Positions 19,300 to 28,618 of a DNA stretch of 64,000 bases are shown piece by piece. This DNA is from Bdellovibrionales bacterium Ga0074137 (GTDB lineage: Bacteria; Bdellovibrionota; Bdellovibrionia; Bdellovibrionales; JAMPXM01), in NCBI GenBank assembly GCA_001464715.1, contig LNDT01000013.1:19823-83822 (forward strand), read 5' to 3'. The number at the start of each line of letters is the position of its first letter. The stretch's first letter is position 1. The notes below the pieces were generated by a model. The model saw nothing but the letters and a program-made list of their open reading frames with translations, made no database searches and was not told the origin of the DNA. A program made the position numbers and the translations under genes.

Positions 19300-20625
19300 A
19301 TGAAGATCGCGCGCGCTCGCTTCAATTTACTCTGCGCTGGGCTCGCGGCCGTAGGTTCAATCACCGCCTTGTCAACGGCGCTAGCCTCGACACCTCTCTG
19401 CACAGCTGATTTAGTGTCTCCAAAATGTGAGGACCTCACTCTTCAGCCGCTGGACCTTCGCAGAAACAGTAAAGAGGCCGACGGTGTCATCTTCAATTAT
19501 TTTCGCGCTTTGAACCCGAAGTATTCGGACGAAGTCAGAAACTTTGGGAAAATTTCAGATCCGCGGCTGGCGAAACGAGCACTCGATATCGCCGAAGACA
19601 TTCGGAAGTCCGCGATTTCCTACATTGCGAGAGGTCGCCCAGCATCGAAACTCTCCGCGGAAAATCGAGCTTTCATCGAGCGTCTTCGCACAGTCCAATT
19701 TCGCATCAAAGATGGGTTTTCGGCCGATTGTTATAAGACCGGCGACCCTGGCGTCCCGAATGCCGCCTACAATCCGCTGGAACACACGGTTTCGATTTGT
19801 AAATCGAGCCTTAGAGTCACTTCACAGTGGATCGCAGTGACCATTGCCCACGAACTGGGGCACGTTGTCAGTGCATGCTCCATGGCGAGCCCCCTAATAA
19901 GATTCAAAACCTCCAACCCTAAAATCGACAAATGTCTTTTTGGAGATCTGACCGAGTCTCAACGCACTGACGAAGAGAAAGAAATCGAGGGTTCTGGATC
20001 CGTGGGGTTTGTCGCTCAGCCCAGCTCCTACGCTGTGAATCACGAGCCCGAGTCGATGCGTGAGTTCATTCGGTGCAAAGCCGCCGAGGTGGTGTCGGGA
20101 AGCCAAGTGGCGAACCCCGAAGCCTACAAAGAGTTTAGTGCCTGCATTGAAGGACAGAACAGAACCGTCTATGAAAATTGGGCGGCCTTTGCGGCCCTGA
20201 GACTTGAATCCCTACCAAAAACACTGTCGCCCGAGCGACAAGCACTGGTCGATCAGGCCAAACAGGAAACACCATTTCGATGCTTTCGAAAAAACGAGGA
20301 GCAGTTTTCCGATAGCTTTGGCGGACATGTTTATTCAGCCTGGGCGACCGAAAAAAAAATGAAGCCAGAATCTTTTAGACTCGCACTGAATGATTTTGCT
20401 TCGATCCGCTGCCGCGAACGTCTCAGCGGCGAAGTATCAATGGACCGACTTCTCTACCCTACGCCGTCGGAAAGAATCGAAACTTTGATCCAAAACCCCA
20501 ACGCAGCAAAAATTCTTCAGTGCCAGATTCCGGTGGCGACCACGTGTCGACTTTCCGAAACTAGCTACGATTCGATCATTGCTCCGCCGACACAGCCAGC
20601 CTCACCGGTCCGAGTCCAGCAATGA
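19300..20625 (+). CDS. secreted Cys-rich protein with HExxH zinc-metallopeptidase motif
   Basis: ATG 19300 gives MKIARARFNLLCAGLAAVGSITALSTALA (signal peptide), 5 nt after the hflX stop. The motif is TIAHELGHVV, with many Cys residues. No family recognised. Confidence 0.55.
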   Translation: MKIARARFNLLCAGLAAVGSITALSTALASTPLCTADLVSPKCEDLTLQPLDLRRNSKEADGVIFNYFRALNPKYSDEVRNFGKISDPRLAKRALDIAEDIRKSAISYIARGRPASKLSAENRAFIERLRTVQFRIKDGFSADCYKTGDPGVPNAAYNPLEHTVSICKSSLRVTSQWIAVTIAHELGHVVSACSMASPLIRFKTSNPKIDKCLFGDLTESQRTDEEKEIEGSGSVGFVAQPSSYAVNHEPESMREFIRCKAAEVVSGSQVANPEAYKEFSACIEGQNRTVYENWAAFAALRLESLPKTLSPERQALVDQAKQETPFRCFRKNEEQFSDSFGGHVYSAWATEKKMKPESFRLALNDFASIRCRERLSGEVSMDRLLYPTPSERIETLIQNPNAAKILQCQIPVATTCRLSETSYDSIIAPPTQPASPVRVQQ

Positions 20626-21131
20626 AGTTTCAAAATACTCGCTTTAGTTTTCTGGTCATCTTTCTTTTTTCGATCGCAGCACACGCTGCGGGTCCGTCGA
20701 TGCCGAACGTGCCAGAGCGACTGCCAGAGCCACTGACAGCACCACGCACACTGCCAGACTTCGCATTTCGGATTTGTTTTAAAGGTCCCCACGCCCGCTG
20801 CTTCGAAGGACTCACCGCTCCTGGAAAAATCCGTCAGTACGGCGGTCGTACGGATTCCGAAGCCACTGTCTCGGCGGTGGTTCTTAAGAACCTGACCCTT
20901 GAAACTGAAACGGTTTTAAGAGCAGCTGAAGCTTCAGTTAAAAGCCTAGGATCCGCAGCTCAGCTTCGCTGCACGCAGCCCTTGAAGTTTCAGCTGCGAA
21001 CCCGCGAAGCCGTCGTTTGCTTAGATCAGCTTGAGGCTCAAGAAAAACTCTCAGCGAAAGCACCCAAAGTCCTTGGGCGCCTTCTTGCACTGATCGACAC
21101 ACTCTCACTCCAGTCAAAGCCAAAAAAGTAG
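20622..21131 (+). CDS. small secreted hypothetical protein
   Basis: 169 aa with a signal peptide (FLVIFLFSIAAHAAGP). Its start overlaps the upstream stop (ATGA). Confidence 0.5.
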   Translation: MKFQNTRFSFLVIFLFSIAAHAAGPSMPNVPERLPEPLTAPRTLPDFAFRICFKGPHARCFEGLTAPGKIRQYGGRTDSEATVSAVVLKNLTLETETVLRAAEASVKSLGSAAQLRCTQPLKFQLRTREAVVCLDQLEAQEKLSAKAPKVLGRLLALIDTLSLQSKPKK

Positions 21132-21137
21132 CGAGCG

Positions 21138-21626
21138 TTAACGTCCGCGAAGTCTCAGACGAGCTTCGCGGCGTTTTTTCGCGTCAGCATTTCGGCGCTT
21201 TTCATCTTCTGTTTCTAAGATGAGTGGCGCGACTGGAAGTGGGTTTCGTTTTTCATCAAGTGCGACGAATGAAAGATAGGCGCTGGCCGTGTGAAAGGTC
21301 TCACCAGTTCTTGGATTTTCAGCATCGATTCGGACTCCGACTTCCATCGACGTCTGACCCACATAATTGATGCTGGCTTTAAGATTCACTGTCCAGCCAA
21401 TCATCACGGGCTTCACAAACTGCAAATAGTCGATAGAAGCTGTCACGACAGGTAGCCTTGAGTGACGTTGTGCCGTGATGGCTCCGCAGATGTCGATCCA
21501 AGACATGATGACGCCGCCAAAAACACTTCCAAGAGCGTTCGTGTGCTGAGGTAAAACCATTTCTGTCATTGTTGTTTTGGATTCCGAAACTCGTCGGCCT
21601 TTGGACGAATCCACCGATGCACTCAT
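21138..21626 (-). CDS. acyl-CoA thioesterase (hotdog fold, YciA-like)
   Basis: 162 aa; MVLPQHTNALGSVFGGVIMSWID is typical of the 4HBT/YciA family. Confidence 0.75.
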   Translation of the reverse strand: MSASVDSSKGRRVSESKTTMTEMVLPQHTNALGSVFGGVIMSWIDICGAITAQRHSRLPVVTASIDYLQFVKPVMIGWTVNLKASINYVGQTSMEVGVRIDAENPRTGETFHTASAYLSFVALDEKRNPLPVAPLILETEDEKRRNADAKKRREARLRLRGR

Positions 21627-21770
21627 ACCAACACCTCAAAAGATAAAGACCAGATCGCTGTTTCTTCAGTCGCAACCTGGTCTTTACGTTTGGAACTATT
21701 TTATTCTAAGCGCAAGCTCTACGCGAGAAACTCCGCTCTCGCGCTTCCCTCTTCGGGACTCTTCTCGGAA

Positions 21771-22199
21771 TCAGATACCGAAAGCACCTACGTCGCCGTT
21801 ACCGCCCGAGCCGACGCCCGAACCGATATCTGTACGACTTGTTGCTGTCGAGCTACCAACGGAGAGATTCGAAGCCGCTGTCGCTGCCATACCAGAGACT
21901 GTCGTGCTACCAACAGGCATCGTGTTGACCGCAGAAGCTCCAGCTGGAATTTCGTTGCGAGTTGGCTGAGCTGGTTCGTTGTCCACGAATCCAAGGTGCG
22001 GCAGGCACCAAACGATAAGTTGAGCTCGCGATTTCACACTCATCTTCTTGTAGATGTTTGTGAGATGGAACTTAACCGTTTTCTCAGTTACGAAAAGTTG
22101 GTTCGCAACTTCCTTGTTCGACAATCCTTTAGAAACCAGTTCAGCAACTTCTGCTTCTCTGTTCGAAAGGCCCTTTTGAATCAACACATCTCTGAGCAT
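21771..22199 (-). CDS. LuxR-family HTH protein (stand-alone HTH + disordered tail)
   Basis: 142 aa. The N-terminal GerE/LuxR HTH is LSNREAEVAELVSKGLSNKEVANQLFVTEKTVKFHLTNIYKKM. The C-terminal half is low-complexity. Confidence 0.7.
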   Translation of the reverse strand: MLRDVLIQKGLSNREAEVAELVSKGLSNKEVANQLFVTEKTVKFHLTNIYKKMSVKSRAQLIVWCLPHLGFVDNEPAQPTRNEIPAGASAVNTMPVGSTTVSGMAATAASNLSVGSSTATSRTDIGSGVGSGGNGDVGAFGI

Positions 22200-22612
22200 C
22201 CTTGCTCCCTCCGCGCTTTGTGTTACTTAGAAATCCGAACCCGATTAAGGGCCTTCTTCTAACTCTTTGAAACTTACTAAAACTTCCCTCTAACAACTGA
22301 CTTAAAACCGATTCCGTTATCCAGCGAGCTCTTCAGCCTCTATCCTTAAGACCGGATGGACCCGCCGTTCGGTTAGTCGCGTCGCAATGAATGCTTGGCG
22401 CCCGACCTGTATTAAAGTCTGACAGGCTGTTGGGCCGTTTGCCAAGCCCCCATTTTAGACCTTCATCGAATTCTAGACTCGTCGACTGTCCTGGAGCCCT
22501 TACCAGACTCGACCAAAACTGTGAGCGCCCTTCTCAGCTTGGGTCTTAAGGCAAATGCTTGAAATGACTCTCGATCAATGGAACGCATTGTCGCAGTTTC
22601 GAAAAACGGGCT

Positions 22613-25045
22613 TTATTCTTTCGCTCCAACGCGAAGCTTAAGTCGCTGGACTATTTCATCCGTCGACATCGCCGCTACGGGCTCGACTCCGAAGACATCA
22701 TCTATTTGTCGACCCCACGTATGAACTTTCGCCCACAAAACAGAGAGACCTTCGTCGGCAATGGCTTCGGCCGCAGCTAGGAGTGCGCCCTTCGTGTCTC
22801 GACCTCGAAAACTTAAAACCCACTCGGTCGGCGAGGCCGAACATTCGATCTCATCAAAGATCTTAAGCTCAGCCCCTTCGCAGCTTCTGTCTCTTTCTCT
22901 GGGGCCATCGGCATTCCAAATTCGCAGAAGTTTAGCTTCTAGCCCTTTGAGAGAATTCGGCGGCTTCACTTCGAACCAATCGTAAACTCCAACCTGATCA
23001 GCGGACAAAATACTCGCATGCCGCACCGAAAGGCCTGCAGCCTGAAGCGTTCGGGCCATCTTCACAAAAAGACCAGCGCGATCCACGGACGTTTGAAAAC
23101 GCACCCAGACACGCCCTTCTTTGGAAAGCTTCAACACACGCACCGAGATATTTGGCTCGCGACCCACGGTCACGATGTCTTCAGCCAAAGTCTTCACAGG
23201 AATCGTTGCGACCAAGAAAGGATCTAAACGATCAAGCAGCGGCAAGAGTTCGCGACCGGCTTTAGACTCATCAAGTTTGCGCTCGAGCGAAGAAAGCATC
23301 TTCGCTTCAGGTCTCTCTAGAAATTCTACCAGCTCCGCCAAAAGCCGTTCTTTCCATGGAGTGTAGGCCTCACGGTTGGTGGCGCGAATGTCGACACACG
23401 TAAAAATCGCCAGCCGAAGAAGGCGTTTTCCTTCAATACCTTTAGCATGGAGTCGGCGCCAGGTTGTCGGATGCGCCGGATTTCCGCGGAAAGCCGCCAG
23501 CGAAAGCTCAAGATGGTTTTCAATGAGCCAAATCACTTCCAAGATCATCTCTTGAGAGAGCCCCCATTTTTCGAGATCGTTTCTTGCGATCATCACTGAC
23601 TTATCTGAGTGATCACCACCAGTGCCCTTTCCGACATCGTGATAAAGTGCGGTCCACCCTAGAATCTTCCACTCATCCCTAGAGAGTGCTTTTGCTATTC
23701 CCGAGAGCCGCCCCAGCGTTCCAGGCTTCTGGGCGACACGTTTCATCTCGCGAACCGCTTGCATCAAGTGCGCATCGACGGTGTACCGATGGTACTGATC
23801 GTGTTGAACGTAACCCACGATCTTTTTGAAATCAGTCACGGCCAAGTCGATCCACCGCGAACGAAAAAGAGCCAGTGTGACTTTGTCGTCTTGAAGCGGA
23901 TCGACCGCGCGAGACAAAAGTCGCCCCAAGGCCTCGTTCGCACGAGTTTTCTCAAGCTCACTTTTTCGCACGGCCGATCGGTAAAGTCGAAAGCCAGTGT
24001 CTCGCGCTTTCGCCTGAACCAGCACCGTGGGCTCCTTTTCAAGCCAGGCGGCAAGCTCGACAAATTCCATTTCTTTGGAATGAAACCTCTGAAGCTTAAC
24101 TTCTGAGATTTTGACGTGCTCAAAATCAACGTCGGCATAGAACGAAACGCGCGACAGGCCTTTTTGAATCTCTCGCATAAATTCGCGACTGGATGTGAAG
24201 CCAAACCACGTGGCGATGTCGGCCTGTTCGTGAGCACTCAAAAGATCGCCGCCACCATCAGACACCTGACTTCGAATTCGAGTCAGAAGAAAAAGTCGCC
24301 GGTAGTAATCATAGACATGAAGGGCATGCTCTCGCTCTGAGCTTAAAAATCTCTCCGGAAAAAGCTGACGCAGTTGAAGCGCTTGACCAAGATCGCGAAG
24401 ACCGCCGGGGCCATATTTAAGATTGGGCTCCAAGAAATTCGCGATCGAATCGTAGCGCTCGCCTCTTTGCTTTCGCTCGTCTTTAAGGGTTTTAAAAAAA
24501 CCACGCCGAACTTTTTTTAGCTTGGCTTTGACCTTCGAAATTCCCACCGCAAAGTGAGTCGCCGCGTCCTCGGTGAGCGGTTTTGCCAATAAAAGTGCAA
24601 GAACATCGAAAGCTTCTACACCTTTCATCCAATCGTCGCGGTCTTCAGGAGTTCGACTGCGGATTTTGATGCCAGCCTCTTGAGCTCGTCGTGTAACTTC
24701 GGCCGCCGCGGCTTCGTCGCCGATAAAAAGTAGATCAAGATCTGATTTTGGCGTCAATTCACCGCGGGCCCAACTTCCCAGAGCAATCGGTCGAGACCGC
24801 GCCCAGGCCGACGCCGAGGCCGCATCCTCTGTAAAGAACGCGATGATCGCTGATTCCAAGGCCAAGGTGAAAGCCGACAAATGAAGGGTCTCTGCCGCCT
24901 CTTCTTGCCCGTCGGGAACTGTTGACGGCGGCAAAAGGTGTTTTTTCGCTAGCTCTAAGATTTCATCTTTAGGCAGAAGAAATCGCGACCGCGAAGACAT
25001 CTTACTAATTGCGCCGGTTTCTAGCTTTGAAGTTCCTTTGTCCAC
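22613..25045 (-). CDS. glnD: [protein-PII] uridylyltransferase / uridylyl-removing enzyme
   Basis: 810 aa with an NTase motif (GSWARGELTPKSDLDLLF), an HD domain (LYHDVGKG) and two C-terminal ACT-like domains. The alternative start ATG 25000 would remove the overlap with mutS. Confidence 0.8.
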   Translation of the reverse strand: MDKGTSKLETGAISKMSSRSRFLLPKDEILELAKKHLLPPSTVPDGQEEAAETLHLSAFTLALESAIIAFFTEDAASASAWARSRPIALGSWARGELTPKSDLDLLFIGDEAAAAEVTRRAQEAGIKIRSRTPEDRDDWMKGVEAFDVLALLLAKPLTEDAATHFAVGISKVKAKLKKVRRGFFKTLKDERKQRGERYDSIANFLEPNLKYGPGGLRDLGQALQLRQLFPERFLSSEREHALHVYDYYRRLFLLTRIRSQVSDGGGDLLSAHEQADIATWFGFTSSREFMREIQKGLSRVSFYADVDFEHVKISEVKLQRFHSKEMEFVELAAWLEKEPTVLVQAKARDTGFRLYRSAVRKSELEKTRANEALGRLLSRAVDPLQDDKVTLALFRSRWIDLAVTDFKKIVGYVQHDQYHRYTVDAHLMQAVREMKRVAQKPGTLGRLSGIAKALSRDEWKILGWTALYHDVGKGTGGDHSDKSVMIARNDLEKWGLSQEMILEVIWLIENHLELSLAAFRGNPAHPTTWRRLHAKGIEGKRLLRLAIFTCVDIRATNREAYTPWKERLLAELVEFLERPEAKMLSSLERKLDESKAGRELLPLLDRLDPFLVATIPVKTLAEDIVTVGREPNISVRVLKLSKEGRVWVRFQTSVDRAGLFVKMARTLQAAGLSVRHASILSADQVGVYDWFEVKPPNSLKGLEAKLLRIWNADGPRERDRSCEGAELKIFDEIECSASPTEWVLSFRGRDTKGALLAAAEAIADEGLSVLWAKVHTWGRQIDDVFGVEPVAAMSTDEIVQRLKLRVGAKE
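23161..23173 (-). repeat. 13-mer copy (plus strand reads GACCCACGGTCAC)
   Basis: Exact, inside glnD. The coding strand reads GTG ACC GTG GGT C = V-T-V-G (EDIVTVGREPN). The coordinate was cross-checked from the ORF frame. Confidence 0.95.
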
Positions 25046-27864
25046 TCTGAGATCTTGCCCAAGGCTTCAAGCGGAGTCGAGCGATTGACATCAAAGCGCT
25101 CAATCTCTTTTAAAACTCCCTCAGCTTTTGGACTGATCGCTGGCCATGAAGGCGCGTCGAGGAGAAGCGAAAGCTGAGCACTTTGCGCAACTTTGGCAGA
25201 GCTCGTCGAAACGATGGGCTCGCGATGCACGACTCCGCTTGCAACACTTCCTTGAACGTCGCGAAGAATTCGCTCGGCCCGGTTTGTTACGGACAGCGGA
25301 AGTCCCGCAAGGCGCGCGACGTGAAGTCCGTACGACTGACCCGCCTCACCGTCCTTCAGGCGATGAAGGAATGTGATGACGCCGTCTTTTTCATGAATCG
25401 CCATGTGACAGTTCCTGATGCGATCGAAGTCTTTTTTTAGCGCCGTCAGTTCGTGATAGTGTGTTGCGAACATCGTGAGACATCGCTTTTGTTCGAGCAA
25501 ATGTTCAAGTATCGCTTGAGCAATGCTCAGACCGTCAAATGTCGAAGTTCCACGCCCGATCTCGTCAAGAACGACCAGCGTTCTTTCATTCGCGTCAGCC
25601 AAAAGCTCGGCTGTTTCTTTCATCTCAACCATGAATGTTGAAAGGCCTTCGGATAAGAAATCACTCGCACCGATGCGAGTTGCCACACGATCTAAAAGTG
25701 ATAACTCGGCTTCCCGGGCTGGAACAAAACTTCCGACCTGAGCCATGATGACAGCGATGGCCGCTTGCCTCATTAAGGTCGACTTACCCGCCATGTTCGG
25801 TCCTGTTAGAAGAAGGCACCCGCCTTCATCCATACTGATATCGTTTTCGACGAACGGTTTTGAAAGAGACTGTTCGACAACGGGATGCCGTGAACCTTTC
25901 AGTCTTAGGCCGACCGGCTGCGTGGAGCTTCGAAAACGAGGTCTTATGTAACGCTCTTCACTGGCGAGATGAGCCAAAGCCGACACGACATCAAGCTCTG
26001 CCAGACTCAAAGCAAAACGCATCAAAACTTTCGACTGACTGAGTACGAACTGAACAAGTTTTAAAAACTCTTCTTCTTCCAGCTTCAAACGCTTTTCCTG
26101 AGCCGAGATGACCTTGAGCTCGAGCTCGGAGAGTTCTTTCGTCGTGAAACGTTCGGCATTGGCCAGAGTTTGCTTTCGTTCGTAGCGATCCAACGGCACT
26201 CGTTCTTTGTGCGTATTCGTGATTTCGATCGAGTAGCCGAAGACATTGTTGTAGCGAACTTTGAGTGACGAAATACCGGTGAGTTCTTTTTCTCGGGCTT
26301 CAAGCTCCAGCACAAGACGATTTGAATTCGTCGACAATTCTATCAGCTCATCAAGCGCAGGACTTGCCCCAAGGCGAATCGCTCCGCCGTTTCGAACAAG
26401 AAGTGGCGGCTCTTCCACAATCACTCGCTCAATTTCTTTGACCACACTTGAAACTAGATCGGCTTCAGCCCTCGTAAATCCTTGCGACAAGCGCTCATCC
26501 ACAGATTGGGCCGCTTGCCAGCTGCTAAGGCCCGAAGCCAAAGATTGTGCTAGCGACAAGATGTCTCGTGGACCTCTTGATGGCTGACTGATTTTTCCCA
26601 GTCTTCTTGGAAGGTCACCGACGCCGGCCAACGCTTGCCGAAGACTTTTTCTGTTGAGATCACTTTGAACCCAAGTGCTCACCCGATCATGTCTTGCCGC
26701 GATCGCCGTCTCGTCATTGAGAGGGAACTGAAGCCATGACTTAAGAAGCCTCGCGCCCCCACTCGATTTCGTGCGGTCGATGGCTTGTAGCAAAGAACCT
26801 TGCCGCTCCCCTCGATTGGTTTCAAAGATTTCTAAATGCCGAAGTGTAGAGCCCGACAAAACCATGCGTCCTTCAAGACGTCGTTCTTCAAATGGCGTTA
26901 GAGAGTCGGCCCACACCTGCGCAGCACCACGGCCGCCGGTGGTTGAGACCGTGCTTGCATTGGAGAACTGCCCGATCGAATAAGCGAGAAGGCGACGAAC
27001 ACAGTCCGGACTGTTTTTATCGACCGTCGGCTCTATGATTTCTCCGTCAGCGGCGATCCATGAAAAATCATCTTGAGCTGTGAGAGAGGCACCCATTTTG
27101 TCGGCGAATTCTTTAATCTCGGGTCTGTCGGCATTGTCGCTGGATAAAACCCACTCAACAGCCTGAAGACTTCCCAAAAATTCTCGGCATCGATCTCGCG
27201 AAACGCCGCGGAAATAAAATCCTTCGCCCGTTGAGACGTCAAAAAATGCCAACGCTCCATCAGCGTCCCACGACGCCAAATAATTCGCGCTCGACGCATC
27301 TAAAGTTTCGTGGTCATAGACCATGCCAGGCGACAGCACGCGCGTGATCCCGCGCTTCACCAAGCCTTTAGCAAATTTCGGATCTTCCAACTGATCACAG
27401 ATCGCGACTTTGAAACCGGCGTGCAAAAGTTTATTGATGATGTTGGTGGCCGAATGATGAGGCACTCCGCACATCGGCGTTTCGTCTTGCGACTTTTTAT
27501 TGCGAGACGTGAGAGCGATGCCAAGGACGGGTGCCGCGAGTTCTGCGTCCCGGTGGAACATTTCAAAAAAATCACCCATGCGGAACAAAATAATCTTGTC
27601 CGGGTGCGCGGCCTTCACATCCCAGTACTGCTGCATTAAGGGCGTTATTCGCCCTGCGGGCGAGGGCGTTATTCGCCCTGCGGGCGAGGGCGTTATTCGC
27701 CCTGCGGGCGAGGGCGTTATTCGCCCATGAGGTGAGGACGACGAGGATTTCTGGAGACCCACGGTCACTTCGGAGCCCACTTCTGAATCAACTGCCATAC
27801 CGAATTCGATATCATCACCGGCGGGAGCTCTCCTCTCCCAATGCAGCGCAACAACACTAATCAT
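25021..27864 (-). CDS. mutS: DNA mismatch repair protein MutS (start uncertain)
   Basis: The conserved MutS core starts at ITPLMQQYW...GDFFEMF and includes the Walker A TGPNMAGKST. The track ORF runs to 27945. Candidate starts are ATG 27864 (GAAGG about 10 nt upstream), ATG 27798 and ATG 27636. Confidence 0.85.
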   Translation of the reverse strand: MISVVALHWERRAPAGDDIEFGMAVDSEVGSEVTVGLQKSSSSSPHGRITPSPAGRITPSPAGRITPSPAGRITPLMQQYWDVKAAHPDKIILFRMGDFFEMFHRDAELAAPVLGIALTSRNKKSQDETPMCGVPHHSATNIINKLLHAGFKVAICDQLEDPKFAKGLVKRGITRVLSPGMVYDHETLDASSANYLASWDADGALAFFDVSTGEGFYFRGVSRDRCREFLGSLQAVEWVLSSDNADRPEIKEFADKMGASLTAQDDFSWIAADGEIIEPTVDKNSPDCVRRLLAYSIGQFSNASTVSTTGGRGAAQVWADSLTPFEERRLEGRMVLSGSTLRHLEIFETNRGERQGSLLQAIDRTKSSGGARLLKSWLQFPLNDETAIAARHDRVSTWVQSDLNRKSLRQALAGVGDLPRRLGKISQPSRGPRDILSLAQSLASGLSSWQAAQSVDERLSQGFTRAEADLVSSVVKEIERVIVEEPPLLVRNGGAIRLGASPALDELIELSTNSNRLVLELEAREKELTGISSLKVRYNNVFGYSIEITNTHKERVPLDRYERKQTLANAERFTTKELSELELKVISAQEKRLKLEEEEFLKLVQFVLSQSKVLMRFALSLAELDVVSALAHLASEERYIRPRFRSSTQPVGLRLKGSRHPVVEQSLSKPFVENDISMDEGGCLLLTGPNMAGKSTLMRQAAIAVIMAQVGSFVPAREAELSLLDRVATRIGASDFLSEGLSTFMVEMKETAELLADANERTLVVLDEIGRGTSTFDGLSIAQAILEHLLEQKRCLTMFATHYHELTALKKDFDRIRNCHMAIHEKDGVITFLHRLKDGEAGQSYGLHVARLAGLPLSVTNRAERILRDVQGSVASGVVHREPIVSTSSAKVAQSAQLSLLLDAPSWPAISPKAEGVLKEIERFDVNRSTPLEALGKISEWTKELQS
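27640..27726 (-). repeat. perfect 24-bp tandem repeat x3.6 in the 5' region of mutS
   Basis: The plus-strand unit GGGCGTTATTCGCCCTGCGGGCGA occurs at 27640, 27664 and 27688, with a partial copy at 27712-27726, all identical. It encodes (GRITPSPA)x3 + GRITP. Each unit contains the palindrome GGGCG-TTATT-CGCCC. Confidence 0.95.
27756..27768 (-). repeat. 13-mer copy (plus strand reads GACCCACGGTCAC)
   Basis: Exact, in the mutS 5' extension. It reads V-T-V-G (GSEVTVGLQK), 30 bp from the 24-bp tandem repeat. Confidence 0.95.
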
Positions 27865-27935
27865 TGAACTAAAGCCTTCTAGAGCGAACGATCTCGATCT
27901 GAGGCCGCAAGCGACCACCATCCAAGGAGCCCGGG

Positions 27936-28586
27936 ATGCGCACAAATCGCCGAATTTTTACGCTCGTTCGACTGATCATCGGCATCAATATCGCCGTCTT
28001 TGTGGCGTGGCTCTACTCGGGATCTGGCGAAATCGATCGCGACCTAATGACAAACTATTTCCTCATCAGCTTTGAAGCCCTTCAAGAGGGGCGATACCTA
28101 GCACTTCTTGGGTCCGCCTTCTCACACAATATGCTTTTGCATGTGGCTCTAAATCTCTTCGTGCTGAACAGCTTCGGGCCCATCGTTGAAATGACTCTTG
28201 GTGCCCGACGATTTCTTGGATTTTATCTCGTGGCGAGCGTGGTGAGTTCCCTCTCGCATGCTCTCGTCTCAAACTACATTTTGCAGGAACCAAATCTTCC
28301 CGCTCTTGGTGCGTCCGGAGCGATCGCGGGACTTATTTTGTTGTTCTCACTTTTATTTCCAAAACAGAAGATTCTCATCCTCGGGATTATCCCCGTCCCC
28401 GCGTTTTTCGGAGCGCTACTTTTTATCGGTTTGGATCTTTGGGGCCTCAGCGCGCAAGCAAAAGGCGGCGGTCTTCCGATAGGCCACGGCGCCCATTTAG
28501 GAGGAGCGGCCGCGGGACTCGTCTACGGAATCTGGCTTCGCGCTGAAGCCAGTCGCCGCGAAAAATTGGACGACCTCAAGTCGTAG
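27936..28586 (+). CDS. rhomboid-family intramembrane serine protease
   Basis: 216 aa, polytopic, with a GASGAIAGL serine motif and HGAHLGG histidine motif. Confidence 0.8.
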   Translation: MRTNRRIFTLVRLIIGINIAVFVAWLYSGSGEIDRDLMTNYFLISFEALQEGRYLALLGSAFSHNMLLHVALNLFVLNSFGPIVEMTLGARRFLGFYLVASVVSSLSHALVSNYILQEPNLPALGASGAIAGLILLFSLLFPKQKILILGIIPVPAFFGALLFIGLDLWGLSAQAKGGGLPIGHGAHLGGAAAGLVYGIWLRAEASRREKLDDLKS

Positions 28587-28618
28587 CATTTTGAGCCGGA
28601 TGACTCTTTCGATGCTAC

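Noticed and set aside
20351-20359. An A9 homopolymer inside the HExxH protein gene as a phase-variation switch. Similar A8/T8-9 runs occur in purL and purB.
   Set aside because: All of these arise from Glu/Lys-Lys codons (GAA AAA AAA) in ordinary genes, including essential ones. There is no evidence of length heterogeneity within a single sequence.
27640-27726. Whether the 24-bp tandem repeat is a CRISPR-like array.
   Set aside because: The units are directly contiguous with no spacers, lie in frame within the mutS 5' region, and there are no cas genes.
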